Source: an uncultured Planctomycetaceae bacterium
GTDB taxonomy: Bacteria; Planctomycetota; Planctomycetia; Isosphaerales; Isosphaeraceae
DNA: 64,000 bases
Direction of reading: 5' to 3'
Assembly: GCA_963833985.1 (NCBI GenBank)
Contig: CAWIAD010000002.1
Location: forward strand, 2,464,001-2,528,000
The notes beneath the pieces are model-generated. The model was not told the origin of the DNA. It worked only from the letters and a program-made list of their open reading frames with translations, and ran no database searches. The translations under genes were made by a program, and so were the position numbers. Of the stretch, positions 31,465 through 43,672 are shown piece after piece (the stretch's first letter is position 1; every line of letters begins with the position of its first letter).

Positions 31465-32391
31465 TCAATAGACGCGTGTTTCCTGTCGCAGTGCTTCGCC
31501 TCCCGGCAGGGCACCGTGCCGCCGGTCCAGGCCGCCAGGTCGAACCGCCTCGCCGCAGACCAGTTCAATGACCTGCCGCGCATGCTCGTCGAGTTCTCGA
31601 ATCAAGAGATCGACGCGGCCGAGCAGGTAGTAGTACGCGGCGACCGCGATGATGGCGATCACCAGCCCGCAGGCCGTCGCGACGAGCGCCAGGCTGATGC
31701 CCTGCGCCAGGGCCTCGCCTCGCGCGGGTCCCACGCGGCCGCCGAGCGCGTCGAACGACTGGATGATGCCGACGACGGTGCCCAGCAGGCCGAGCAGGGG
31801 ACCGAGCGTGGCCATGCCGTTGAGGGCGCGGAGGTTCCGCTTCAGCTCGACGACCTCGCCGGCGGCATCAAAACCGAGGTTCTGACGGATGGTCCAGCCG
31901 GGCTGCCCCCAGGCCTTGACGACCATGGCAAAGACGCGGGCGGCGGTGCTCTCATTGGCCTTGCAGAGCTCCAGTGCACGGTCGCGATCGAGCTTGCCCG
32001 AGGAGAGCCGCTCCAGGAACCGATCGATGAATTCCCGGGGCACGATCTTGCTGCGCCGCAATGCCAGGAAACGCTCCAGGGCCAGGCCCAGAGTGAAGAT
32101 GGAACACGCCGCCAGCGGCCAGAGCATGGGGTTGGCCCGCAGCAGGAGCTGAGACACGGTGGCCCGGTTCACGCCGGGCCGCTGGGCTGGAGCATCGTTC
32201 GCGGCACCCGAGCCCTTTACCGTCCCGCCCGCGGCCGGAGCCGTTGCCGGGGCCGGGGGAGACGCTGCTTCCGCGTCAGTCCGGCGGGAACTTGTGGGAG
32301 CTTGCGCCAGCACGGCGACGTGGGTCCGATTCAGGACCGCGATCACCGCGAGCATCGCGATCACCCGGAACACGGTGGTTGCACGAGGCAT
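31465..32391 (-). CDS. MotA/TolQ/ExbB proton channel family protein
   Basis: ATLGPLLGLLGTVVGIIQSF and LAQGISLALVATACGLVIAI. Confidence 0.9.
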   Translation of the reverse strand: MPRATTVFRVIAMLAVIAVLNRTHVAVLAQAPTSSRRTDAEAASPPAPATAPAAGGTVKGSGAANDAPAQRPGVNRATVSQLLLRANPMLWPLAACSIFTLGLALERFLALRRSKIVPREFIDRFLERLSSGKLDRDRALELCKANESTAARVFAMVVKAWGQPGWTIRQNLGFDAAGEVVELKRNLRALNGMATLGPLLGLLGTVVGIIQSFDALGGRVGPARGEALAQGISLALVATACGLVIAIIAVAAYYYLLGRVDLLIRELDEHARQVIELVCGEAVRPGGLDRRHGALPGGEALRQETRVY

Positions 32392-32628
32392 GAAACCGTC
32401 CCTTGAGGATTGCCTCCGCATCGGCGTGAACTCGACGCGTCGTCCGTACGCGATGACGAATCTCGAATGCGGGACACGCTGCGCTCGGGTCTTGCGGCAG
32501 CTAGTGATTCTAGCTCTCCCCCCCTCCCTGTCAATCGATCCCGCAAAAGCGAGCATGGATCGGGCAGCGTGCCGCCTTCACCGACATTCTCCGGAGTGCC
32601 GCAGTGTGCTCCGTGCCGGCCCTGCGCG

Positions 32629-34189
32629 TCACCGCTTCGGCTGCTCCACAATCAGCAGGGTTGGGCGACGGGCTTCCCATTGGCCCTTGGCTTCCCTGCT
32701 GACGAACATGTAGCCCGACCAGTTGATCTTCTTACCTGAGCGGTCCTCGCTCAGGAACCGCAGCAAGAGGCCGTGTCGACCGCTGGAGGCAGCGGCCTGA
32801 GCGCGGACCAGAGGCGTCACGTCGAATACCTTCCAGCCATCGCCTGCGGTGAACTCGTACCTGGCGAGAGGCTCCGGGGAGTATTCGGGCTGAGTCTCCC
32901 AGGAAACCTTCTCTGGCCAGTCCTGCGTGACCTCGAACGCCAGCACAGATCCCGGCCTCGCATGCACCGTCGTCCTGCGGGAGTAGAGTGCCAGGACGAA
33001 ACGCCGCTCCGGCGAGCCGGCATCCTGGACCGGCACCGCTCCCCACTGTATGAGCGTACGGACACCGCCATCGTTATTGGCAACGCCCAGGTTGTCCACC
33101 TCACCGTGTGCCCAGTCGGGCATGTACGACAGCACCATGCCGTCCCTGGTGATCGCCGAGGTACCGACGATGTGCCCCTCGACGGAACGGGCCAGGTCTG
33201 GATCGATCCCTTTCGGCCCTGGCGGCTCCTGTTTCGGGTTGGCCTGGGTGGCTTGCGGAAGGGAGTTCGACGATCCGGTCCTGTCCCCTCCGGATGGCCG
33301 ATTCAGCGCGCCTGGGGTTTCCACGCCGTGCTTGGTCACGGCAACGACCCCGACGAGCATGATAGAGGCTGGAATCAGCACGCAAGCAATCGCTTTCGAC
33401 GTGTACAAGAGCATGAGCTTGAGCACTCCCTGACTACGGGAAAACAATTCTGGTAGAACCAGGCCGGTGGGGCTGACCCCGCGGGTAACGCCCAACGAGG
33501 CCCGGACGGTCGAGCTAAGCAGTTCGGGTGGAACGCTCACCGGGAACTCCGGCAGCCTTGGATGAATGAAAAAGCGAGAACCCGGGACGAGACCACGGCG
33601 GATGAGCCGGTCCCGCAACATCGAGCGTGCCCGTGCCAGCCGGCCGCGCACGGTATCTTCTTTCACACGGAGTTGCCGGGCCGCCTCCAGGTAGCTCATG
33701 CCTTCGAGATGGCAGAGCACGATGGGCGCCTGGTACTTCTCGGGCAGCGTACGGATCTCCTCGTGAAGCTCCGGGGCAAAACGGTGCCGGTCATCGCTGA
33801 CGAGATCGGAAGTCATCGCGGCGGCCGCCGTCTCGTGCCGTCGCCTTCGAGCGCTGCTGATCCTCGCTTTCAGGGCCGTCCGGTGGGCGACTCCAAAGAG
33901 CCAGTTGCTCAATCGGTCCCGGTCGGCGATCCGCCGGGCCTTGCGCCAGCACCAGGAAAGTGGCCTGGAAAGCGTCCTCGGCGGCATGAGGGTCGGCCAG
34001 AACCGACCGGCAGACGCGCAGGACCATCGGCCCGTGCCGCCGGACCAGGAGCTCGAAGGCGGCCTCGGCGGTCTCACCCGGCTCGCTGGAGAAGAGTTCC
34101 AGCAATCGGCCGTCCGACAACCCGCCGAGTGCTCCGCAGCCCAGGAGCGTTTGCACGGAACCGACGACGCCCATGTGTCCGCTCGCCAT
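32629..34189 (-). CDS. ECF sigma factor with TM helix and C-terminal DNRLRE/CBM96-like domain (frameshift near 33945)
   Basis: 'SDGRLLELF....EAAFELLVRRHGPMVLRVC...AEDAFQATFLVLA', sigma4 'LPEKYQAPIVLCHLEG..Y.EAA..L', a hydrophobic helix, then 'WKVFDVTPLVR...GLLLR...SREA...RPTL'. Confidence 0.8.
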
Positions 34190-34487
34190 TGCCCGGCCCC
34201 TTTCCGACGCTTGCCGTTCCTGATGTACTGCCCGCTCGTGGGCTTTCCTCACGGGCTGTGCGCCGTTTTCCAGAAGTCGTCAGCAGGTTCTGAGCGACAG
34301 GATCACTGGCACTCTCTTTGGTCTTGATGAGAAGATGACGCGATCGGCCTTCAGGCTGGCTGGCCCCGAGCGCACGATTGGACCTCTCCCAGGCGCCGGG
34401 CTTTCGCTCATCCGCAAGGTACGAACTTCTGCCGCGATCATCCTCGACGAATCATGTGCACGTCCACAAGCAAGGGAGGCGCGACGT

Positions 34488-34979
34488 ATGTTCGGGCGCA
34501 AGAGCACGAGTGCCGCGGGCAGTCTCCTGCTGGCCCTGGGATTTCTGCTGGCTGGCTGTGCCGGCAAGCATGAGGGCCCGGCGAGTCCCAGCCCGGATCC
34601 CGAGCTCTCCAGGCGGGGGACAATCGAGGTCACTGCCCGGCTGCTGGAGATCCCCGAGGGAGCGATCTTCGAGCGGCAGCTCTACAACTACGCGACTGTC
34701 CTGAAGTACCAGGTGCTGGAGGTCCACCGCGGAAGGGTCAAGGGCGATATCATCTACGTCGGCCACTACAACCCGGCCAGGCCCCGTTCCAAGGTGGCCG
34801 ACAAGCGGGTCACGGACGTTGGCGGCAACCTGAAGGAGTTCCGCCCCGGCCAGGTGGAGCGCATGGCGCTGGAGGGCTCCATGCTTGACCACTTCTCAGG
34901 CGGGATCCTCAACAAGTATTCCGGGGAAGACACCGATCCGATCTACTGGGCCGTCTGGACCGACCTGGTCAGCAATTGA
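34488..34979 (+). CDS. Lipoprotein of unknown function
   Basis: RBS GGAGG and lipobox LLAG-C. Co-oriented immediately upstream of the MBOAT gene. Confidence 0.7.
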   Translation: MFGRKSTSAAGSLLLALGFLLAGCAGKHEGPASPSPDPELSRRGTIEVTARLLEIPEGAIFERQLYNYATVLKYQVLEVHRGRVKGDIIYVGHYNPARPRSKVADKRVTDVGGNLKEFRPGQVERMALEGSMLDHFSGGILNKYSGEDTDPIYWAVWTDLVSN

Positions 34980-35044
34980 GCGGCCATGCGATGCGGGCAC
35001 ACGCGCCTTGACCGATCTCCCGCGCTCACCCGGTTTGGCGGACC

Positions 35045-36485
35045 ATGGTCTTCACGACGCACCTCTTCGTCTTCTACTTCTTGCCGCTGGTCCTGGCCCT
35101 CTACTACGCCCTGCATGTGTCGCTGCGCCAGGCGGGCCAGCCGTACGGGCGCATGGAGCTGGTGCTCAACGGCTTTCTCATGGCGGCCAGCTACGTCTTT
35201 TACGGCTGGTGGAACCCCTGGTTCATTCTGCTCATGCTGGCCGTCACCGTGCTCAACCACGTGTGCGGACGGATCATCGACCGGCCAGGTCTCGGGCCTG
35301 CCCTGAAGTTCTGGGTCGTCACCTGGGCCATCGTCGCCAGTCTGGCCACGCTCGGCTTCTTCAAGTACTTCACGTTCTTCGAGACCAACCTGAACCACGT
35401 GCTCGCCTGGTCGGGAGCCCCCACGGTGCGTGTGCTGGCAATTACCTTGCCCATCGGCATCTCCTTCTACACGTTCCATGCGCTCAGCTACACCATCGAC
35501 GTCTATCGCGGAACGGCCCATCGGGTGCGCTCGTTCGTGGATTTCGCCTGCTACATCGCGCTCTTTCCCCAGCTCGTCGCCGGGCCGATCATCCGCTACA
35601 ACACAGTGGCCGACCAGCTCGTGAGCCGCGCACACCCGGGAGAAATTCGCATCCGGGGTCGTGCTGTTCATCCTGGGCTTCGCCAAGAAGGTCTTGCTGG
35701 CCAATCCGCTGGGGCGGGTCGCGGACGCCGCGTTCAACGCCGAGTCGCTCGCCATGCCGGACGCCTGGTTCGGCGCGGTGGCCTACGCTTTCCAGATTTA
35801 CTTTGATTTCTCGGGCTATTCCGACATGGCCATCGGGCTGGGACGGATGTTCGGATTCGAGTTCCTGAAGAACTTCGATGCTCCCTACAAGGCCGACAGC
35901 ATCACGGACTTCTGGCGCCGCTGGCACATTTCGCTCAGTACGTTCCTGCGCGATTATCTTTACATTCCTCTGGGAGGCAACCGGAAAGGACCGCGGCGGA
36001 CGTACGTCAACCTGATCGTGGTGATGCTGCTGGGCGGCCTCTGGCACGGGGCGAACTGGACCTTCGTGGCCTGGGGCGCGTATCACGGCTGCCTGCTGGC
36101 GCTGGAGCGGTTCCGGGGCAAGCGCAGCACCTATGAAACCTGGCCGCGCGCCGTGCGCTTGGCGGTCACCTTCGTCCTGGTCCTGTTTTCCTGGGTCCTG
36201 TTCCGCTCGGCAAGCCTGCACGATGCGATCCAGTACGCGAGCGTGATGATCGGCCGCGGGCAGGCTGGCACCGGCATGCTGCTGCTGCCTGCGTTGCTCT
36301 ACACGCAAGGGACCATCCTCATCATGGCGCTCGGGGCCCTGGTCATCGCTTCACCGGTGCAGGCGCACGAGTGGAGCAGGGATGTCACCTGCACCAGAGC
36401 CGCGCTGGTGCTGCCGCTCTTTTGCGGCTCGCTCCTGGCCATGTTCGCGCAAGCCTTCAACCCGTTCCTCTACTTCCAGTTCTGA
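35045..36485 (+). CDS. algI: MBOAT O-acyltransferase, AlgI/DltB family (frameshift near 35635)
   Basis: LPIGISFYTF..LSY..DVYRG, FPQLVAGPIIRY, QIYFDFSGYSDMAIG, FWRRWHISLS, YIPLGGNR, GLWHGANW and a C-terminal NPFLYFQF. Confidence 0.9.
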
Positions 36486-36503
36486 TTGGCCAGCAGGTGA
36501 AAC

Positions 36504-37668
36504 ATGCGCTCGGACCGCTGGGGGCAGATCATCGTGGTGGGCGGTTTCCTGGCCGTGATCACCGCGCCAGGGGTCGTTCAGCTCGTCGCCGAGCTGCAAA
36601 GCGGAGAGCGGCCACGCGTACTCGACATTTTCCACCAGCCGCCGACGGCCCGCAACCTGCACGCCTATGAGAAGGGCCTGGAGCAAGGCAGTCCCGTGGT
36701 TGAGAAGCTTCGGCCAAGGATGCAATACTTCCAGTGGAGGTTTCTCGCCGATGCCGGCGAGAACGCGGTCCTGGGACGTCGCGGCTGGCTCTTCTACCGG
36801 CCGAGCGTTCGCTATGCCATCGAGCGCCCGGCCGTGGCTGCCGAGGCAGATTCCCCCGGTCCGCTGGCCGCAATCGTGTCCTTCCGCGATCAGTTGCAAG
36901 CGCGGGATCGGGCTGATGGTCGTTCCTGTGCCGGACAAGGAGAGCGTGTATCCGGAGCAGCTTGCCCGACGCGCGGAGGACGCGGGCGTTGTCATGTGCG
37001 GGGAGACGCGTGCCTTGCTTCGCCAGATGCAGCAGTCCGGCATCGAGTTCGTGGACCTCTTCGAGGCCTTCGGCCGCGCCAGGCTGGAGCAAGACCGCCC
37101 GCTCGCCACACCGCTCTACCTGGCGCAGGACAGCCACTGGTCGCCCGCGGGGATCCGCGTGGCCGCGGCCGCCGTGGCCCGGCGCGTGCGCGCGGGAGGT
37201 GTCATCTCCTCCCAGGGGAACCGGAGCTACGCGGAGCGTCCGATTGCCGTGGAACGCCATGGAGATCTCGTGGAGATGCTCCAGGTGCCGCAGATCGAGC
37301 GCACGCTCACGCCGGAACGGATCGTCTGCCGCCAGGTCGTCCTGCCGGACACCGAAGCGTCCTACCGCGACGCGGTGGAATCCGAGATCTTGATCCTCGG
37401 CGACAGCTTCCTGCGGATCTTCGAGCAGGACGAGCCGCAAGCCGCCGGGTTCATCGCGCACCTGGCCCGTGAGCTTCGCCAGCCGCTGACCTCGATCGTG
37501 AATGACGGCGGAGCGTCCACGCTGGTCCGCCAGGCCCTGGCACGAAGGCCCGCGCTGCTCGTGAACAAGAGGCTGGTGATCTGGGAATTCGCCGAGCGCG
37601 ATATCCGCTTCGGTACCGAAGGGTGGCAGGTCGTTCCCCTCACCCGCACGGCAGGGTCCCCTCGGTGA
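36504..37668 (+). CDS. AlgJ/AlgX-type SGNH O-acetyltransferase (frameshift near 36905)
   Basis: GRRGWLFY, VPDKESVYPE, DSHWSPAG (DxH), GDL, LGDSF and WEFAER. Confidence 0.85.
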
Positions 37669-37853
37669 GCGCTTCTTTCCGCGTCCGGAAATCTTGCTGG
37701 ACGCTTCGCGATCTGCGTCATGTCGCCTTGCAACGCATCTCCCCGACAACACAAGATGAAGTGAACGTTTCTCGCGCACCTTTTTTCGATGGTGCTTGCT
37801 CAACTTCCCTGCCAGGTGGCTCGAGCGATGAGGAGAGACCCGGAGGCCAGGCC

Positions 37854-38111
37854 ATGAATTCGATCAGCGGCGGATTGCGACTGGCTCTCCTGGGAGCCTG
37901 CGTGCTGGGAGCGGCCGGCTGCGCGGAGGACAATGAGGCTGCCATCAAGGAGCAGGCGGCCCGTGCCAAAGGGACGATCCCCGGGTCTCGCACGGCCCAG
38001 GCAAAGACCCAGGAAGAGTATTACGAGATCACTCCCGGGCTTCAGGGGGCAGGGTCGCCCGCCGGGGTCCGCCCGGACCAGGGCGCCGGTTATCCCGTCG
38101 CGAAGAAATAG
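37854..38111 (+). CDS. Small lipoprotein associated with the DUF1559 gene
   Basis: RBS GGAGG and lipobox GAAG-C. Confidence 0.65.
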   Translation: MNSISGGLRLALLGACVLGAAGCAEDNEAAIKEQAARAKGTIPGSRTAQAKTQEEYYEITPGLQGAGSPAGVRPDQGAGYPVAKK

Positions 38112-38161
38112 CCGCGATCCGCGGCCTGATGGTCACGCATCGTCAGAGGAGGAGAGGGAAC

Positions 38162-39304
38162 ATGCGTCGGAGGAACCACGGATTTACCTTGATCGAGCTG
38201 CTGGTGGTGATTTCCATCATTGCCATACTCATCTCCTTGCTTCTGCCGGCCGTTCAGTCCGCCCGCGAAGCGGCCCGGCGGACGCAGTGCACGAACAATC
38301 TCAAGCAACTCGGCCTGGCCATGCAAAACTACGTCAGTTCCAATGAGGCCTTGCCGCCGGTCACGGTGGACTGTCCGGCGAGCAATTGCGCCTACGGCCC
38401 CTTGCCGAATAACTCTCCGTTTCCGCATCAAAACTGGTCGCAGCAGGCGCGGCTCTTGCCGTATCTGGAGCAGACGCCGCTCTACAACGCCATCAACTGG
38501 ACCTTCGGCGCCCGCTGGGGCGACGGCGACAACGTGTATAACGACACCAATCCGCCGGACAACGCAACGGGAGGCAGGGACAGCATCCCTCAGATGACCG
38601 TCCTGGTCACGTCGGTCGCTGCGTTCCTCTGCCCATCGGATATCAACCCCGGCTCCTCCGGCACCTTCGCCGTCGGGGGCTTCAACAGGCTGGTGGGCGC
38701 CAGCAACTACGCGGGCAACATCGGACTGAACCGCCGGCTGACCGGCGGCAAGGTCGATTCGAGCTGGAAGCTGAACGGCCCCAATTACGTCGCCAGCACC
38801 TGGGATGCCACCGTCAACCAGACCACGAACCTCGCCACGTTCGAGGACGGCACGAGCAACACGGCCATCTTCAGCGAGTGGATCAAGGGGCAGGGAGTGG
38901 CGACGGGCGCTTCCAGGAACGGTCTGCTGGAAGTGTACAACCTGGGCGAAAATTCCAACTTCTATTCATCCGATTATCAATTCATGCAGCTTTGCAACAC
39001 GGTTCCAATCACCAGCGCCAACCAGCAGTGGCAATGGAAGGGAGAGTGGTGGGGTTACGGCGGGACAATGATCTACTCACACACCCAGACTCCCAACCGC
39101 ACCAGTTGCGTTTATCACGACCTGAACCAGGACCCTCGCGGCTCCATCACCATGATCGGGGCCAGCTCCAACCACCCCGGCGGTGTCAACGTGCTGTTCA
39201 TGGACGGTTCGGTCCGGTTCGTCAAGAACTCGGTCAATTTCCTCTACTGGTATGCCATCGCCACGCCGAAGTACGGCGAGATCGTCAGTGCGGACGCATT
39301 CTGA
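38162..39304 (+). CDS. DUF1559 (SBP_bac_10) prepilin-type N-terminal cleavage/methylation protein
   Basis: [51 protein letters not shown] and [16 protein letters not shown]. Confidence 0.95.
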   Translation: MRRRNHGFTLIELLVVISIIAILISLLLPAVQSAREAARRTQCTNNLKQLGLAMQNYVSSNEALPPVTVDCPASNCAYGPLPNNSPFPHQNWSQQARLLPYLEQTPLYNAINWTFGARWGDGDNVYNDTNPPDNATGGRDSIPQMTVLVTSVAAFLCPSDINPGSSGTFAVGGFNRLVGASNYAGNIGLNRRLTGGKVDSSWKLNGPNYVASTWDATVNQTTNLATFEDGTSNTAIFSEWIKGQGVATGASRNGLLEVYNLGENSNFYSSDYQFMQLCNTVPITSANQQWQWKGEWWGYGGTMIYSHTQTPNRTSCVYHDLNQDPRGSITMIGASSNHPGGVNVLFMDGSVRFVKNSVNFLYWYAIATPKYGEIVSADAF

Positions 39305-39418
39305 CGTGTGCCTGAAAGAGGGGACGACGAAGCCAGTCCGATCCGCGCGCCGCATCGGGTTTGCGGATCGGGACCGGCCTGCGTGCCTGAACCCGTGAGG
39401 CAAGCCCTTGATCCCCCT

Positions 39419-40371
39419 TCAGAGGGCCGCCTCACAATGGACCTTTCCCCGGGCCAGGCTCCTGAGCTTCTGCAAGGCCCCTTCCTGGATCTGGCGGACC
39501 CGCTCCTTCGAGACGTCGAGCAGCTCGCTGACCTGGCTCAGTGAATGGATTTCCCTGCCGGCAAGGCCATATCGGAGCTGGAGCACCACCTGCTCGCGCG
39601 GTTTGAGCTGTTCCAGCAGGGTAACCAGGTACTCGTCCAGCTCTGCCGGCTGCGATTCCTCCGCCGGGGGATAGGTCAGCCCTTCCAGCAGCGATGAGCC
39701 CTCGTCGGTTCGCAGGCTGGCGTTCAGCGAGATCGTCGGACGGGTCGCCGATTGGATCTGGCGGATCGTGTCGGCCGAACCGCCCGGGCGCGGTTTCGCC
39801 CCGGTTTCCGTGACTCCGTGTGCCCGGTGTTGCTCATGGCGAGCTGTTGCAGATGCCGCGGGTTGAGCCGCACCGGGTACGCCCCTGCGGCAACTGCACG
39901 CTGTAGCGACTGGCGGATCCACCACACCGCGTACGAGGCCAGCCGGGTGTCCCTCGAAGGCTGGAAACGGTCGATGCCCTTGAGCAGTCCGCAGAACCCC
40001 TCTTGCAAGAGGTCCGAATTGGCGATTCCGCGGTTCTGATACCGCCTGGCCACGTGGGCCACCAGCCGCAGGTTGGCCATGGCCAGCCTGGTGCGGATCT
40101 CGTTGTACTGCACGGCCAGCGAGACGAGCGAGCGCAAGAGATCGTTCTTCGCCGTGTGACCGTTCAGGAGGTGCCGGACGATTGCCTGAATCTCCGCCTC
40201 CTCCGCGAACGTACCGTCCAGCATGGGGCGCAGATCGAGTAGCCGTTTCTTCAAGCCGTCGAGTTCCAGGATCAGGACTCGCTCCTGGTCAGCACTCAGG
40301 ACCTGCACGTCGGGCCGGTTCAAAAGCGCCGCGCTCACCTGGTCATAATTCTGGAGATAATCCCCCGACAT
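39419..40371 (-). CDS. Sigma-70 family (RpoD/FliA-like alternative) sigma factor (frameshift near 39810)
   Basis: Region 2 'ANLRLVAHVARRYQNRG...DLLQEGFCGLLKGIDRF...RLASYAVWWIRQ'. Region 4 'REQVVLQLRYGL...SL.QV...L.VSKERVRQIQEGAL.KLR'. Confidence 0.88.
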
Positions 40372-41122
40372 CGCTCGTCGCTCCCTGCAAAATCCAGCTC
40401 GAACACGGAATCCTCGACAGCATCGAAATCGAGAAACAGCATATGTCGTAGTGCGGGCGCGTTCGCGTCCGCGCGGTGCGTCCGGCCCTGGCTGATCGCG
40501 ATCGGCCAGGGACGAAACACGTCCGTTCGTTGCACGGCCGCACCCGGCGCGGCTCTTCATCGATCTGGCGATGGAGATCGCAAAGATCGAAAATGGCGTT
40601 GGGGAAGGCCCCTGCAACCCGCAAGGTTGCGACGGATTCCCGTCCGAGGGGTCAGGTGCGGATGACGCGGCCCCAAGATTTTACATGTGTGGTGGGACGA
40701 TAGCCCGTGTCGTACCGCACCGGGATCGGCTGGCACCGCCAGGGTCGCGGAACGCCGCAACCCGCCACCGCTGACAGCAATCGATCGGCAGCCCGTTCGA
40801 GCGTCCCCAACCAGCACACCCGCCCGCTGCTCGCGGCAGCCGGCCAGAGGAGCCGATTCCGACCCAGATCAGGATTGCGATCGAAAACCATGCGGCCCTT
40901 CACGGTCGAGACTCCAGAGGAACCCACAAGGAGCTTTTCCCACTCCAACCTCGCCTTGCTGTTCCTACCTCCCTATACGAAGCAGGTGCCTGACTGTCTC
41001 GCGCGATTCGCGTTTTTTGTTCGACGAGATCTCCAAACGTGGTAACATCAACGTCTGGAAGTCCTCGAATGAATTGACTCAATTTCCGTGCTGTTCGGCA
41101 TTTATGTCCGGGAGTCGAGGTC

Positions 41123-41879
41123 TTGGAAGACGTACGGAACGAGCCCCGGCTGAGCGAGCTGTCCACGCAATGGACCATGCTTTTTCGGGCGCACCAGGGT
41201 ACACCGGAGGAAGTCGGCGACGCCTTGCGGTTGATGATGCTGCGCTATTCCGGAGCCGTGCATCGCTACTTCTTGAAGACCGTCGGGGATCCAGAGGAGG
41301 TCAACGAGCTGGACCAGGAGTTCGCGTTGCGGTTCCTGAAAGGAAGCTTCCTGAAGTACAACCCGAGCTTCGGCCGGTTCCGAGACTACGTCAAGGGAGC
41401 GGTTCGCAACCTGATGATCGACTACCACCGCCGCCGGGGCAAAACGGTCCCGCTGGACACCGAACTGGAGATGCAGGTCGTCGGGGCATCGGGGCTCGAG
41501 GACCTGGACGAGAAGATCATCGACGCCTGGCGCGATGACCTGCTGGACCGCGCGTGGAACGCGCTCATCGACTTCGAGAAGCGCACCGGGCAGCCTTATC
41601 ACACGGTCCTGAAATTCCGGGTGAGCCATCCCGACGACACCTCGGCGCAGATGGCGGAGAAGCTTGCGCCTCGGCTGGGCCGTCCACTCACCGCCGGTGC
41701 CTTCCGACAGCTCTTGCTCCGCGCGGGACAGGTGGGCGGGATCGCTCATCGATGAGGTCAAGGTCAGCCTCAAGGAGCCCACGCGGGAGAACGTGGAGGA
41801 GGAGCTTGCGGACCTGCGTCTCCTGCACCTGTGCAAGCCGGTACTCGGCCGCGTGAAGTTCGATGGAAAGGACAACTGA
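41123..41879 (+). CDS. ECF-type sigma factor (planctomycete type; frameshift near 41730)
   Basis: LSTQWTML, RYSGAVHRY, ELDQEFALRFL, GRFRDYVK.AVRNL..DYHR, 'W..DLLDRAW', then 'LIDEV..SL......VEEELADL.LL'. Confidence 0.75.
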
Positions 41880-41937
41880 ACCGCTGTGGATCGGCCTGTC
41901 CGGGCCAGACCAGGCCTGGCCAGGCGAGCTTCGGTGG

Positions 41938-43362
41938 TCAGCTTCCCACAAGGGCCTGGATCGCCGTGCCGGTGCTGATGGTGTAGGGGCGCCCGAGCGG
42001 ATCGCGAATCACCGAGTCGCCGGGCAGGCCCATCGCGCGATAGATGGTGGCGACGATGTCCTGCGGAGTGACGGCGTCGCGGGCGGGGTATGCCGCGTGG
42101 GCATCGCTGGCGCCGAAGACTGCCCCGGCGGGCATCCCGCCGCCGGCAAACAGCGCCGTGTAGCAGGCCGGCCAGTGATCGCGGCCGCCCCGATCGGCCC
42201 CGGCACTGCTGGTGATCTGGCCGACTCTGGGTGTGCGTCCGAACTCGCCCATGGCCACCACCAGCGTGGAGTCCAGCAGGCCGCGCTGGTGCAGGTCGGC
42301 CAGAAGCGCGGAGAATGCGCGATCGAACATGGGCAGGATCGACTGCTTGAGCAACGGGAAATGCTGCCGGTGAGTGTCCCAGGTCTGGTCGTAACGGGCG
42401 CCGGTGCAAACCGTGACCACCCGCACGCCGGCCTCGACCAGGCGGCGAGCCAGCAGCAGGCACTGCCCCAGGTGTGGCAGACCGCCGAACTGCCGCGCTT
42501 CCCTGGTGCGTGGGTTGTCCGGGTCAAGGCCGTAGCGCTCGCGGACCGCCTCCGGCTCACTCTCGATATTGAAGGCCCGCCGCGCTTCCGGGCTGGCGAT
42601 CAGTGCGAAGGCCTTGCGGTAGTGAGTGTCAAGACGTTCCACGGCGGAACCGTCGCCCAGGGCATGATCAACGGCAGCAAGCAACGCCCGGCGCTCTTTC
42701 ACGCGCAGGTCGGAGACCCCTTGCGGGGGCCTCAGCCCGGGCACCCGGTAGCCAGGGCGGCTCGGGTCGCCGGTGACGAACGGATCGAAAGCGGCGCCCA
42801 GAAAGCCCGAGGACTGGCCGGGCAGGAACGAGCCGTTGTTGCTCATCCAGTCCGGCGTCTGCACGAAGTCAGGCAGCGGCCGGCCGCCTGGCCGCAAGCT
42901 TGCGAGTACCGCACCGACGGGCGGAAAATTCTCTGGCCGTGGCGTGGTGATCAGCCCACCGGAGGCCGTGGGATCGCGACCGGTCATCGCCAGGTAGGCT
43001 CCGGCGTTATGGTCGTTGATCGTGTGATGGATCGAGCGGACGAGCGCCAGGTGGTGCGCCTGCTGCGCCAGAAGCGGCAGATGCTCGCAGAATAGCAGGC
43101 CGGGGAGGGTGGTGGCGATTGGTTTGAACTCGCCGCGCACATTTTCCGGCGCGTCCGGCTTCATGTCCCAGAGATCCTGGCCCGCCGGCCCTCCTTCTAA
43201 AAAGAAAAAGATGAGCGATTTTGCCCTGGCCCGCGGAGCGGCCGCACGCACCAGGTCGGCCAGGCTCGGGCCCAGGAAAGAGGCCGAGCCCACCTGGAGC
43301 ACCTCGCGGCGTGAAACGCCCTGGCAGAGCCGCCCACCGGCGACGGAGTTGATCCGCAGCAT
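41938..43362 (-). CDS. DUF1501 family protein
   Basis: SRREVLQVG, GGPAGQDLWDMKP, WDTH, GEFGRTP and GRDHW. Confidence 0.92.
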   Translation of the reverse strand: MLRINSVAGGRLCQGVSRREVLQVGSASFLGPSLADLVRAAAPRARAKSLIFFFLEGGPAGQDLWDMKPDAPENVRGEFKPIATTLPGLLFCEHLPLLAQQAHHLALVRSIHHTINDHNAGAYLAMTGRDPTASGGLITTPRPENFPPVGAVLASLRPGGRPLPDFVQTPDWMSNNGSFLPGQSSGFLGAAFDPFVTGDPSRPGYRVPGLRPPQGVSDLRVKERRALLAAVDHALGDGSAVERLDTHYRKAFALIASPEARRAFNIESEPEAVRERYGLDPDNPRTREARQFGGLPHLGQCLLLARRLVEAGVRVVTVCTGARYDQTWDTHRQHFPLLKQSILPMFDRAFSALLADLHQRGLLDSTLVVAMGEFGRTPRVGQITSSAGADRGGRDHWPACYTALFAGGGMPAGAVFGASDAHAAYPARDAVTPQDIVATIYRAMGLPGDSVIRDPLGRPYTISTGTAIQALVGS

Positions 43363-43672
43363 GGCTGATTCCCGAGAGCGCTAAAGGACGTTGACCACCT
43401 GCGCGGCATTGTTCACGCTCGATAGGACCATTCTCGCGCCCCGCACGCGTTTGGACCAGAGTGTTCTCACCCAGCGGGCCGGCAAGTCGCCCCGGAGCCG
43501 TGTGTGCCCCTCGCGTCAAGGTTGACGCAAAATCGAATCACATTTCCGCAAAAGCGGATTGCGGCTCCCGTTCACAGGAGGTCAAATCCCCTTGGCAGAG
43601 TGAATCTCCCCACAGCAGCCGCGTCGCCCGGACGCGAGCAACCACGGTCCTTCCAGATTGGGATTCGTTGAC

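Noticed and set aside
39339..39370. Rho-independent terminator between the convergent DUF1559 and sigma genes
   Set aside because: An 8-bp stem (CGATCCGC/GCGGATCG) with a 16-nt loop and no U-tract is too weak to call.
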